Shown here: piece after piece, positions 1-12,724 of the stretch
How the letters are laid out: each line of letters starts with the position of its first letter
Numbering within the stretch: position 1 is the first letter of the stretch
Assembly (NCBI RefSeq): GCF_018977255.1
Contig: NW_024704742.1
Coordinates: forward strand, 60,452,001-60,516,000
Direction of reading: 5' to 3'
DNA length: 64,000 nucleotides
DNA from: Callorhinchus milii
Lineage: Eukaryota
Made by a program: the position numbers and the translations under genes
Notes under the pieces: model-generated
What the model saw: only the letters and a program-made list of their open reading frames with translations
Told to the model about the DNA's origin: nothing
The model's database searches: none

Positions 1-1107
1 GGATGCATCCCTCCAGGGAGATAGTACGCATAATAAGTATCTCTGGAATTTCCATGTATAGATGGGATGCATGGAATTCTGTTTGGTTTGTACATTCTTA
101 AACATGGTGATGGGTTTTTGCATGCGTCAGACACCCAGCTGACAAAAAAAAGCTTCACTCTTCTGCGCCCACTCCCGAGCGCATTTAAACGAAAGAGGAT
201 TTATGCAATGGATTAAGTGGGTGAATCCAATATATATTTCTTATCTATTTGAATGAGCAAAACTGTGAATCATCAATGGGTCCAGTTCAATCCATTTGGA
301 AGAGATAAATGGAAATGAAGTGAATGGTATTTATTGTGTTGAAATATTAAAATGTTACAGTCCAATACCCTTTCCATTGTGCGTTTACACATTTGGAAAC
401 CTTTTCTTATGTTAAACTGCAACAACTGATAACAAAGCTTTTTTGCAATTTTGTGGAAAGAGGTTCAGCTATGGATACAGTTTTAAACAACAATATGTAT
501 TGTTAGGTTAATTAGAATGCATTGTACTTTCACTAAGTATGACAGGAGTACAGTGAATCCTCATTCAATATACATTTGAATTTTTTTATTACTTTTCCTC
601 TGACATGAACAAATTGAATTGAAAGTTATTATAGATATCAAGAGCATTTCTTTGTGAGAGTGATCCCATGTAGGCAACAAGTGCCACAGAGCAGGAAAAT
701 GAAAACACGCTCAACACAATGAACTGGGACCCAAAATTAAAATGGCTGGAATGTAACCAGAAATAGGGAGTCTTATCTGAAATTTCTTTTTGAGTTCACA
801 AAAGAGTTCCAAAGCAACATAGATTTAGTTGTGAAAGTTAAACACAAAGGCCAGGCTTTTTTTATATTCATGCCTTGATTAAGTCCTCTCTGTATGTGCC
901 TGCACCAACTGTACTGAGACTCACTGGAGCTGTTTATCACTACTTTCTGAGATAGAGTTTCACCTCAACTACAAAGGCAATTGCACTTGGAAACGCAAGG
1001 TAAACAACAAGGTTTGGCTTAAAGTTTGAAGCAGGGCTTCCACTATCATTTTTATGCAATGGAAAACGTCCTCTCAGCATTTATTTACAAAGATCACAAG
1101 GAACGTT

Positions 1108-1470
1108 TGCCTACAGCCTATTGGTGAGAGCACTCGCCTCACAAGCAAGAGGATCTGAGTTTGATTCCCAGGCAGGGCACAAGCTTACTCAAGTTTCATT
1201 ACTCCACATGCTTCTGTTTACCTAGTATAACGTTGGAACCCAGTTGTTAGTCAATTCGCGGATTGTTTTCCAGGGGTATAATCCCTCCAAAAAAAAAGTG
1301 GTCTTTCAATCATGACTGTTTCTGGGACACTTCCATGCGCAATTGGTGCTGCGTCTCACCCACAAATACACAGTCAATCCACTTTACAATATATTTTGTA
1401 AAGCGTTTTGAGACATCTCAACAAAATGATAATGCACTATATCAGATGCAAAGATTATTATTAGTATTAT
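1108..1470 (+). mobile_element. tRNA-derived SINE (tRNA-Ala-like head, L2-like tail), diverged full-length copy
   Basis: A/B-box-like head (tggtgagagcactcgcctc...gtttgattccc), body shared with other copies, tail gcactatatcagatgcaaag(att)n. Confidence 0.85.
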
Positions 1471-2239
1471 ATACTGATTTAACTGAATGGATAATGCTTT
1501 CGAAAATGTCTGCCCTTCTCAATAAAATTTCAAGAGCACACACTATGCATACATGATAAGGAGCTATATAAAATAATATATATATAAAATAAAATGCATG
1601 GATTATTGTAAGTTTGGATGAAGAAGGCCCACTGTCCTCGCAACGCTAAAAGCGCTATACAAATGTAATCTTGTTGTTGTTGATCTCATCCTTCTGGAGT
1701 ACCTGATTTACCCTCCCCCCATCACAGTATCCAGCTGTTTTTTTAAATGAGTCCACCTTTCTTGGTATTCTGTTCCAGTCGTTAATTGGAAAAAAATACT
1801 TCCTGGTGTCTCGTCCTGAAATTGCCCTTTACAAACATAAATCTGTGCACTCATGTTCACAGGATAAAGGCCTAACCAGATTAGGCTACAACAGCATCCC
1901 CAAATAAACTCTGAAAGAACATATTTTGGGCTTCAAGACCTCAGGCTGCTTAAGAACTACTTATCTCTAAACCAGAACAGAAGGTCTGCAAGAAAATTAC
2001 CACATTGGAAACTAAATCAAGAAAGAGTCGTCAACTGGGAAATCGCAACAAGCCAGGTAATTCCCTTAGAAATTAAGCGGTTACCAATGGGCATTCGACA
2101 AGCTGAAACCAGATACTACAAATTGTGACAGGCCCAAACATGAAGTTGCAATAAGTGTACAAGTTCCACATTGCTAATGTTTTATTTTAGACTCCAATAT
2201 CCTTCCTTTCTATTGATCTATTGATCTTCTAGAATATAT

Positions 2240-2600
2240 AAGAATTAGAGGTGATCTTATAGAAACTGTTTCCCCTGGTTTGAGAATCTAAAACTAGGAG
2301 TCATAGTCTCAAGATTAAGGGTCAGTCTTTTCGAACTGAGTTAAGGAAACATTTCCTCACTCAGAGGGTAGTAAATTTGTGGAATTCTCTACCCCAGAAG
2401 GCTGTGAATGCTCAGTCCTTGAACATATTCAAGACTGAGGTCGATAGATTTCTAAACGATAGAGGGATTAAGGGATATGGGGATAGGGCGGGTAAATGGA
2501 ATTAGGTTGGAAGATCGGTAATGATCTTATTAAATGGCAGGGCAGGCTCAAGGGGTCGAATGGCCTACGCCTGCTCCAACATCTTATGGTCTTATGGTTT
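2240..2600 (+). mobile_element. CR1 LINE 3' end
   Basis: Typical CR1 ORF2 C-terminal sequence (aaacatttcctcactcagagggtagtaaatttgtggaattct), 3' UTR and tcttatgg repeat tail. Confidence 0.85.
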
Positions 2601-4149
2601 TTAATTAACAAGGTATCGGTGCTTTCATTTTCCCTGCTTGATCAGTCCTGAAATTTCTGTAGGCAGGGATATTTTGTTCCCAGTACCTCCCCAGCTGAAG
2701 CCAAGTTTCTGTCAAAGCTTCTGACATTGTATATTTCCATTTTAATTAGTGCCTCTAGTTACTTGCCTTTATTCCCAATGCTTTGAGCATTCATGTATAA
2801 ACACTTCAACCTTGACTCACTTATCCTCCTTGGAACCCTCCTCTCTTGTACACTTACCTGATTTATTTTTGTACTAAACTTTTTTGCATAACTTTTTTCC
2901 CTTTCTCTGAACCAGCAACTGCTGCTTTGAAGCTATTCTCCCCACCTTTCCCTTTTCCTCCCTAGATTCAATATGGATATTTCCAAAATATGCAGAAGAT
3001 ATGAGTGCATTAAACATAAACTGGAAAATCAAAAGAAGAGGCATTTTTACCTTTGTCCATACAATAATTCATATTCCTAAAATTCTCAATTTTTTTTAGA
3101 TCCAGCATAACAGTTGTTACTTGCCCATATCTCTGAAGAGTAAGAGGAATTAATAATATGAATAATCCTTGACTTTAATACAGTGCCTTGTCATCTCACG
3201 GAGAAGTCTCAAAGTAATGCAGCGTCTATGTATTTGTAAGCGAATGAGACAGCCGATCTTTGCTTAGCAGTGACTCACAAACAGCCATAAAATGAATGAC
3301 CAATTTTATTTGGAGGATTGTTGGTCAGGATCCTGGGAACAACTCTGTTGCATTCAGATCAGTTAAGCACAATTCCCATTCAGGTCTTCACATATATTCA
3401 CATACATTGCTATTAGAAAAAGCTAGAGGCCTCCCTCGCCCAGAAAAGAGTCGTGGTTTGCAACCTCCAGTGAAAATGCTGCTATAGAATCCATCCTTCA
3501 GTATAACTGGGAATAGGAATGTAATGATTTGCAGTTGCATTAAAAGACTGTTGCTGTCCATCTAGCCTGTCTCATTTATAACTACCTTCTCCCCCCAAAT
3601 CATTTTCAGTCGAAACAATACCCTTGAAACTCACCATTCTATCCACCTCCCTGGGCAAATTTTTTACACATTAACTTTTCCCCCTTCACCTTTACAGTTT
3701 GAGATCAAATACACTTGTTTTGGACATCTTGACCTTATTAAATAAGGCACTAGAGTTTAGTTTATCAGCTGGGATCCAATAGAATCCAGAAGAGTTCGAT
3801 AATATCAACCTTCAATTCTCTCTTCTCCATAGTAAACATTCTCAGCTTCTACAATCTTTCTTCACAGCTTAGATGTGCATGTTTTTATACTAATTATTAT
3901 TAATAAACATTAAATATCAAATACATATTTGCTAATATATTAACCTGGTCTATCGTCACCACCACCTCCCCCTTCTCCCTTGCTTGGCATCCAACACCAT
4001 TCACTTTACAATACTCCAAGATCCTATTTTGCATAAAGGGCTCTAACTAAATTCAAGTTGTAATTATATTGTTGTACCTTCTCCAAAACCTATCCTGGGT
4101 ATCAGCTTCCCCGTTTACTTTACTTTCATATCTACATGTTTTAGACCTT

Positions 4150-4400
4150 TCAGAGAAAAGCAATAGAAACTGCAGGCATATCCACTTCCCATTATAATTG
4201 TAGTCTGAGTCATTCCTTACAATGGGAGTCACTCCTGGATTCAGTTGTGTCCACCTCATATGGACATGTATTGCAGAAATAATTGATTTGTGAACTTTTA
4301 TTTGACTATCAATTTGAATATTTCCCTTTAGATCAGGTATTACGAAAATCATTTTGGAATTGAAACCTCCCTCTATAAATCAATTTCTCCTTTGACCTTC
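4150..4400 (-). mobile_element. Possible ancient RTE-clade LINE fragment (post-RT region)
   Basis: NIQIDSQIKVHKSIISAIHVHMRWT resembles the RTE motif xxTKIKVYxAVVxSxLLYGxExWT; highly decayed. Confidence 0.35.
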
Positions 4401-4524
4401 ATGAATAAAAATACAATCAATAAATTTGTTAGGGTAAAAGATGCAGGATTTGAATGAAACTTAATAGACTTTTATACAACACTGACTCATTTTCACTCCT
4501 TTGCTTTAAACTCAATATCAATAC

Positions 4525-4880
4525 AAGTTGATACCAGGCACCAAATTCCCACTTGGTTGTCTTTCCCTCACTTCCTCAACATCGGCTGCCTCCGCCACTA
4601 CTACCACTCCGCTACTCCCCAAGTTACTTAGAATCCTTATTTGCATCTTCATTACATCCAATGCTTATTTGAATGCCCTTTTCATGGATTCCCCACCTTG
4701 TCCCTACACAAGCTGCAGATCATCCAGAATTCTATAACCTGTGTCCTCTCCCACACTAAGTTTCGCAATTTCAACCCCATCATTGCTTGACTCCACTGGC
4801 TCCCCTTCCCCCAGCATATTAAAATCTAGACCCTTGTCCATGTGTTCAAACCCTTCCATGGCTTTGCTTTGCTTTACCCT
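4525..4880 (+). mobile_element. Old L2 LINE fragment (ORF2 C-terminal part)
   Basis: Diverged similarity to the younger L2 at 54768-56215 (ctccactggctcccc...aaaatct, WLP-type motif). Confidence 0.7.
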
Positions 4881-5497
4881 CTGTGAGGTGCACACCATGC
4901 AGATCAATGAGGTAAGCACGTGCAGATGCGAGCCAAGCAGGAGAGCTTTGATCTTGCTGGCACTTACTGGAAAAAAATAGAACTCATCCAGAACTTGATG
5001 TTTGACAGCGAATCGTCAGTGATCATTGCCCAGTTATCATTCCAGTATTGGCAGTTTGTTTTCATTAGAATTAAGGCACTTGATAGATTAAAATGGAAAT
5101 TCCACATGAAATAAACCTGGGCTTGCTAAATCTTAAGTAACAGATTTTCATGTGATGTACAAACCATCAAGCAGAACATCTATAAATGGAAATATTTAAG
5201 TTGGCATAATTTTGGATAGAAAACTAGAAAGAGTTGGTCATTTTCTTCTGTTTTTTTTACTTAGAGATACATTTGCACACAGTGGATAGTGAATGTGTGG
5301 AACTCAGTACCAGAAGCTGTGATTGATCCATGTTGTATCACTCTAAGTAGCTCTATATCTAATTCTGGTATCAGTTAACAAGGTCTCCTCCAATACCTGA
5401 GGAATGAACATGGATGATACAATACAATATAATTATATATCACCGTTTATATCACTGAGTCATCTCAAATTGCATTCCACTGCTGGCTGGACACAGA

Positions 5498-5752
5498 ATA
5501 ATAATGATAATAATTCTTGCATTTGATATAGTGCTTTTCATGTCTTCTAGATGTCTCAAAGCGCTTCACAGAATAGACTGTAAAGTGAATTGACTGTATA
5601 TTTGTGGGCAAATGCAACAGCCAATTGCGCATAGCAGTGTCCCACAAACAACTGTGGATTGAAGTGACCAATTTATTATTGTTTTTTTTCTTGAAGGATT
5701 ATTATCAGGCGTGTGGAGTAAGGAAACTTGCCCAAGGTTTCACCCTTCCGGG
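5498..5752 (-). mobile_element. tRNA-SINE, internally deleted variant, head truncated
   Basis: (aat)n tail, shared body, junction ttattatcaggcgtgtggagtaagg lacking the central segment. Confidence 0.85.
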
Positions 5753-6789
5753 TATAAGACAGGTATAGGAGCCTAAAAGTGTGGGGAGGGGAAGTAGGAC
5801 TACAAGTACAGTCAAAGAGGCAGTTCTTGAAATAGGATTTGAAAGTGGGGAGGGAGAGGGTGATTCAGAGGGAATCTGAGTTGGATGAGAGCAGAATACC
5901 ACAATACCATTTCTTTCTAGTTAATCCTTAGCAATTTAAATCTCTCAATCTCTCGTTTCTGATAATTGCTAGCTTATTCATTGTGGACCTATTCTTCGAA
6001 GTCATTCTAAGTCAACAGAGGGGAGTTGGGCAGGAAAGGAAGTAAGATGAAGAATAAGCCCTAGTGTACCAAGCTAAAAGGATACGCTTTGCAATTTTTA
6101 TCCAGTTTTTAATAACTCTGTATTCAGCGCCCTAGAAAAGTCAAACTACTTCACATCCAGATTGTGAATTATAGGTTAGGAATTGGGTAGAAGACAATTT
6201 TTATCCTTAACATACAAAGATATAATCTGAGACATATTCAATGAGCATTTTATTGTGTTATTACACCAGAAAAAATAATCTTCCAAAAGTAAATTAATTC
6301 TCAATGTTGCCAGTTTATAAATTAATTATCAATGCCTTCTGGATGTTTTAGGGCATGATAGTCTAATAAACTGATGTTGATGAAAGCGGACAATTAACGT
6401 TAGTGTGCAAGATGTAAAGATTACAAATATGTAGAATGTGCCAGCTTAACTCAGTTTGCTTCACTCTCACCTCTGAGCTAGAAGGTTAGTAGCACAAACT
6501 TTATGTCAGAACTCATAGGCTCACACTTCAGTACTTATGGATTGTCATAAACATCTTATGGATACAATCTTGAACCAAGATCCCACTTGCAGGTTAAAGC
6601 TCACAAGATAATAATAATTATGCTTGAATTTTCACAGGATTTACTATAAAGTGTAGTAACTTTGTATTTGTGAAAGATTTAGAAAAAGAATGCCCTTCAA
6701 CCCATTTGATCTTAACCTTTCAGAAAACTAAACCTATCAGTATCACAACATAAACATTTAAAGATTCCAAGAAAACAGAAGTTAGTTTC

Positions 6790-7460
6790 TCCTAGTCTGG
6801 TTCAAAGAAGTTGGTGTGAGGCTTTGTGAAGCAAAGTTTGCAGCCAGGCGTTGAGTACAAATCCCCAAGAAACTATCCATCCCCTTGACCCCGGAATAGT
6901 TCTGAAACTGATAGACAGCATAAGAAACTTTCAGGGACTGGACCATTTTCTGTTGCTAACGACTATGGTGTCCCAAATGGATACATTTAGACAATCAGCA
7001 ATTCCTGAAACTCTGGGTATTCCTGCAATCTGGGCAATAAAACCGCTCCAATTGCATCCTGGCAATACACAAAAAGAAAATGTATTTACTGTACTTAGTT
7101 TCTATTTCTAAAGCTTTTATCTTCTTGTCAATACACCTGAATATGCAACGCTGACCACCACTTTATATTTTGTGAAATGCTTTGAGATTTCACTGAAGAA
7201 TGTCTTTTCTGAAGACACTTGAAAACTTCCAGACAGTAAAATTATTACTAGGAGTTCTGCCTTTATAGATTCTCATATCCTCTAGCTTACCTCCACAAAT
7301 GGCATTGATGTTTGCACCAAACAGAGAAGAACTTGCTGAGAGCTCACATTCTTGCCATTGAAGCCTCCGAACATCATGTTCCAATACAAACAACAAAGGA
7401 TATTAAAAAGGAACTGGGCAAGTGCCTTTCGAAAGAAAGTATCAGCATTAGATATAAAAA
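6790..7460 (-). pseudogene. Decayed PIF/Harbinger transposase, HARBI1-like (DDE_Tnp_4), interrupted by a SINE tail near 7120-7195
   Basis: One minus frame (about 7041-6820) reads FIAQIAGIPRVSGIADCLNVSI...NRKWSSP*KFLML...IPGSRGWIVSWGFVLNAWLQTLLH. Upstream pieces QFLFNIL, LEHDVRR and SSQQVLLCL fall in Harbinger order. Confidence 0.7.
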
Positions 7461-9334
7461 TAGACAAACCGAAGAAATCTGGTAGGAATACTACATTGGT
7501 CAACTTCTGTCTGAAACTGTTACTATGATAATAACTTTGTGGTCAATTTTGCAGTGTTCCTTCTTAATTAAGAAATCTGGAATTCCGTTATGCCAAGACG
7601 AGAGAACTCTAACTCAATCTATTTTCAGAGCAAGGTTCCCTTGAGTCACAGTCAAAGGGTGATTCAATTACCATAAATAATCCCCATTTGGATTTCTTAA
7701 ATCAATTAAGAAATACCACAAATGTGACCACTTTATTTCCATCATATATTTTCTAGCAGACAGTTTTAAAGTAATAGTCTTCAGTGACAATGAACATTCA
7801 ATTTTTCTGTGTGTGAATCCCTTAGATTAGGCTTTATCTATAATTTACAGGAATATTCATTTCTGTTGACATAATTCATGGAAGAACATTTTACAATTAA
7901 TGTTTGTTCAGTAGATTATGTTTTGCATCTTGGCTATTGGATCTACAGAGATTTCAAAATTGGAAGCTCATATTTCCTATACCCTTTCCTCCAAGGGGTA
8001 TTACATAGTATCCTGAATAATAGAAGATTAGGTAGGAATCCTGTGACTGAGGTGTGGTCTTTATTTAAGCATTCGGTAAGTTAACATTATTAAATTGGAA
8101 GCATTCAGAATTTTAATTAACTCATCCTTTCCCGAGTCTCTTAGTGTTCATTTATTTTATTTAAATTCAAATCTTTATCAGCATAATAGATTATTAGACC
8201 ATCTTCACCCACAAATACACACACACACCATTTTACAGTATATCAGTAAACCACATACTGTATGTGAAGCGCTTGGAGATGTCTTGATGACTTAATAAAA
8301 AGCTATATCAAATACAAGAATTATTTATTATAGTTGCCTTTGAAATTCACTTTCCAATGGATTGGTTGAGGTGAGGGAGAACAGTCAGAATATATACAGA
8401 AATCCCTCCAATCTCTTGTCCTACCCTAGCTCTGCGATCTCCTTCAACCCTACAGACCTAGCTGCTCCTTTCACTCAATGGGTACTATATCTCCAACCAT
8501 CAGCAATGACCACTTCCACTTCTGACCTCCACCCCCCCCCCCACCGCCCAAGCACCACCATAACATTGCCCACCATTGGTTCATTCACCTCTAATCCGTA
8601 TGGCAAGGTTCACCATAATGTGCTTCGAGGCAACAAAGCCACCTTGCTCCCTCTCTTGTCCCATGAAACGCATTCTCTCTTCTCTCATTAGTCTATCACA
8701 GATAGAAGACCAATGACACAGGGCATTTGGATCCTAAATTATTATTAATGTCCTCATCCAGAAAATTGCCCATATTGTGATTATACAGTTTGTGAGTCCA
8801 CAGAAAAAGGAAAAGCTGCCCTCTGGTCGGGCCTTAGATATTCTGAGGCATCGTAATGTGTTTTTTTTTAAGATCCTAATGATCTGTGAGTTATTAGTTT
8901 AATGCTCCACTGTCATTAAGACCAAAATATTGTATTTTGTGCTAGAAAATGTGAGTACAATAACAAAACACTAACATACTAAGCAATTCATTGGTACAAC
9001 AACAACAACAAAATTACATTTATAGAGCATCTTTCACGCAGGGAGGATATCCCAAAGTACATGGTAGATGAATATGCAATGTTAAATTATTAGCAAGGAA
9101 TGCCACAAAGGAAATATTTGTTGTAAACCAGTTTTTTTCCTTTTACATTATTATCCCTATTGGATGAGCCTTGCTTGCAATATTGCTATCACTATCACAG
9201 ATTATGTGAGGTGCACATCTTTTGTATTCTATAAATTATTCTATTTCAACGTAAGGCAGAACATGGAATGCTACCACTGTAAAAATTGACTAAATAATAG
9301 CTTTCGATTCTGAGAACCTAAAGCAAAGACTTTG

Positions 9335-9445
9335 TGGCCAGACAAATTTAATTTTAATTGATCACCATTTATGTTCGGTAACTACTTTGTAACTTACAAG
9401 TAAACTACCACCGAGTAAAATTGGCATGTTTAACTTTGTCTACCA
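9335..9445. mobile_element. Small palindromic MITE-like element
   Basis: Imperfect terminal inverted repeats tggccagacaaatttaa / ttaactttgtctacca plus weaker inner inverted similarity. Confidence 0.4.
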
Positions 9446-9944
9446 ATAACCATAAGTTGATATTACAATGGTCTGATTATTATGTTCATTAGGTTTAGAT
9501 TCAAGATGCAATAATATCAACAGAATAATCATTCCTACTGAAAACATACTTAAAGTTACAATTCCTTTCATTTTTATTATTATAATAATAATTCTTGCAT
9601 TTGATAAAGTGCCTTTCAAGAAGTTCCTTCAAGAAATTGTTCACCAAGCTAAATATTTCTCCAAGATAGTGTGACCCTATAACCCAAGGTATTTAATATC
9701 TCTATTTAATATAATACTGGGACAAAGAGCTAGAATAGAGGGAAGATTACTGTCGTAAAATAAAAATACACACGGTTGGAAAATTCAATCTTATGCCTAA
9801 GTGGATTCCTAGACTTTTTTAAGAAAATCAAAGCTGTAAATTTGTTCATTTTCATCTCTTAAATAATGGTTGACCAGTGCTGACCAATCAGGCTATTCTT
9901 GGATAGGTCAAGCTTGTGTCCTTTCCCACACTAGGGTCCGAAAG

Positions 9945-10287
9945 CCTATTACCCCATCGTTACCTGGCTCCACTGGCTCCTCATCCTCCAGAGGATCGAG
10001 TTGAAGATCCTCATCTTCACTTTTAAACCCCTCCTTGATCTTGCCCCCAACCACCCACTCCCTCTGTTCAGCAGGTACTAACCTGCTTCAAGTCCCCCGC
10101 CCTTCCCGCCCCACCTTCAGAATCTATCTCAAGATCTTCTTTGATCAGGCCTTCAGTCATCTTCCCACATCCCCCCCTCCCCTCCAAAACCAAACTGCAG
10201 CTCTGGTAGAAACCCTGTATTGCCCAACAGCTTAGGACATCCTCCCAAAGTGAAAGCCGTTATATAAATAAAATTTCTTGTTGTTGT
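9945..10287 (+). mobile_element. L2 3' fragment
   Basis: HWL/KIL-type coding remnant and tail gtgaaagccgttatataaat...(ttg)n. Confidence 0.8.
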
Positions 10288-11075
10288 CTCTGAAAATATA
10301 GTCAAAATCTACCATATTGGTTCCCGTGAAGCACTCTTGTTGCAGGAGTCATCAAATGATTTGAAAAGGAGTGGCCTTGCTGATTGTACTGTTTTTTTTC
10401 TGATTCTAAATACTCTTAAATTTTAACAATTTGTGACGTGATTACCTGCTGAGATTAAAAACTGCTCCTCGGGAAAGCAATACCATGCCTGATGCCTCGT
10501 GAGGCCTTGGCTCCAACCTGGATCACATTTCACACAAGATCTTGGGAACTGGCATGATTTAAATGGGGTTCCGCTTGGAGAACCAACATTGCATTTGGAA
10601 TACTACATAGTGTTCTGGCTTTCTGACATAAGGGGAAGGAGACAGCCCAGAGCCTGAAGGCAATGCAGAGCAGATATATAAATGAACATCAGTGATGTAC
10701 AAGGAAACAGAAGGTGCATTTTTTCAACTCATTCAAATGGAGTGCCAACCTAGATTGTCTCAATGTGGGATTTGAACTTATAACCTTCTGACCCAAAGGC
10801 GAAAGTCCTATCAACTGAGCCAGCTGAAATTAGCAAGACCGGGTACTTGAGGTCAATGGATATTCTATGTTTGAAATTTACTGATTTGGAGACAATTGTT
10901 GTAGGGATACTTCTATAGTTTGTCACAGTGGGAGGTCTAAGTGATTATAATTGATGCAGTGGATGAGAAAATTAATAAGTTCAAAGTGCCGGAGGAGATT
11001 CACACAAACAAGTCCCTGAATGATAATTAAGGCAATAAACAGACTAAATGCTTCGTTGGATGAGTAGTTAAACTT

Positions 11076-11118
11076 CTTTTTACAAATAGCCCACTGATTT
11101 TGGGCTATTTGTAAAAAG
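11076..11118. repeat. Perfect 18-bp inverted repeat with 7-nt loop
   Basis: CTTTTTACAAATAGCCCA-ctgattt-TGGGCTATTTGTAAAAAG. Confidence 0.95.
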
Positions 11119-11399
11119 CTCATTGGTGATTGGTTGAAGCAGGTGGAATTTGGACAAGGCAAGTGGTGCTCTGTACATAAACTGCTCAGAGTAGCCCTAG
11201 TAGTAAATGTTAATTTCCACAGAAGATATATCCAAACTATAATTAATGGGTTAATGTTAGTGAAGAGCACATGTTGTGTGTTTAATTGGTAAGCAGCAGA
11301 AAACCCATGGTATTTCGGGACTCAATGAAGAGAAAAGTCCCCAATAGAACTGCAAAAGTTGACCTACCTGTTGGAGTGTATTTAAAATGGAAAATATTG

Positions 11400-11740
11400 A
11401 ATGGAATTTATAAAGTAGACAGTGGTTGACTTTTCCGTCTGGCAGAGAGCTCCAAAAGAAGGGAGTATAATCTTAAAATTAGAGTGAAGGCAACTAGAAA
11501 CAAGATCAGAAAACATTTAGTCACATAGAGGGTTGCGAAAATGTGGAATGCGCTGCCCCACAAGCCTGCAAATGAAAATGAAACAATTGGGATGTTTAAT
11601 AAGGTAAAGAGATAGATCTTGGAAAATAAGGGTATTAGGGGATATAGGAAATGACAGGGAAATGCAATAGTAATATTTATTAATGTCTCATAAACTGGCA
11701 GATGGGCTAAAGGCCTCATTTTGTACCTGTATAGCAGTAT
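11400..11740 (+). mobile_element. Old CR1 3' fragment
   Basis: cacatagagggttgcgaaaatgtggaatgcgctgccc and a CR1-type 3' UTR. Confidence 0.75.
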
Positions 11741-11938
11741 GTAGAAGTGGCTGGGGCATTAATTCCAGTAAAAGTTATTTGTCAAAAGAATATCACAAAA
11801 AGTGCTAATGATTAAGGCAATCTTCAGTGTCTACGCCAGCAACACATGCACATTTGAAATAAATTACATCAGTTTGCAAAGGTTTGTAGAATAGCAGCAG
11901 GTGTGCTTTTTCATATCATTCCCATCTATGTCCAACCA

Positions 11939-12094
11939 GAAATGCTTTCTGTATGTAGAATTTCAAATCAAGTCAACTATGTGTTAAATGAACCAAGATT
12001 GGAATCTTGATTTATACCAGTCCCTTTTCAGTCAATCTCACATTACCCGGACTTCATAGTCCTGAAATTGCACTTAGTCTTAGTATTTTGTTTG
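11939..12094 (+). repeat. Copy 1 of a ~150-bp local direct duplication
   Basis: Co-linear with 14745-14888, including the identical run aactatgtgttaaatgaaccaagattggaat. Confidence 0.9.
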
Positions 12095-12724
12095 CCAAAT
12101 CTTAGCCTATCGACCAGGTTGTCTGAAAATTTAAGAGTCAGTTACAATTCTTAAATTTAGCCTTAATTTGAAATCTTGGTTTCTCTTGCTCTTGAAAAGA
12201 ACTAACTGCCAAATTAAGATTCAATTTAATAATGGAATTTCGAGCCTTGTGTTTACAGCAACTACCAAGGGTCAATCTTGTGAGATATTTCCCCTTGTCA
12301 GTTGCCTCTGGCTGCACCTAAATGTAAAAAACAATTATATAACCTCTGTAACCTATGCTAAGCAACAACAATGTACAGTTGAATCTACCTTTCAAATAAG
12401 ACAAACACCCACCTGCGCTTTGCCAAGATGATTGGTATTACTAGGCAGGGAAAGAAATAAAGGGGCACTTGAGGGTGGTGACTAAAGGCATGATCAAAGA
12501 GATAAAATTTAAGATGACTCCAAATTAAGGAGAGAAGGTGTAAAGCAAAACATTTTTGCAAGAGTTCCAGAGACTGGGGAATAGTGGCTAAAGGCTCAGC
12601 CACCAATTATTGGATAGAAGTGTTGGGGTTATTTAAATTTGTGACTCTGCAATGAAGTATGAACTGACAAATTTCCTTTTATGTAGTAAAAGGCCACCAT
12701 TGATGGCTGTGCCTTTAGCCACTA

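Noticed and set aside
4078..4146. Possible 69-nt minus-strand exon SKTCRYESKVNGEADTQDRFWR
   Set aside because: Weak donor (gtacaa), no recognised homology, adjacent to a probable LINE relic.
7291..7425. Apparent 135-nt phase-0 minus-strand exon (aag|GCACTT...GTGGAG|gtaagc)
   Set aside because: Better explained as the N-terminal part of the Harbinger relic, whose motifs switch frame within it; no compatible neighbouring exons.
10446..10517. Possible 72-nt minus-strand exon LEPRPHEASGMVLLSRGAVFNLS
   Set aside because: No polypyrimidine tract and no recognised homology; expected by chance in 64 kb.
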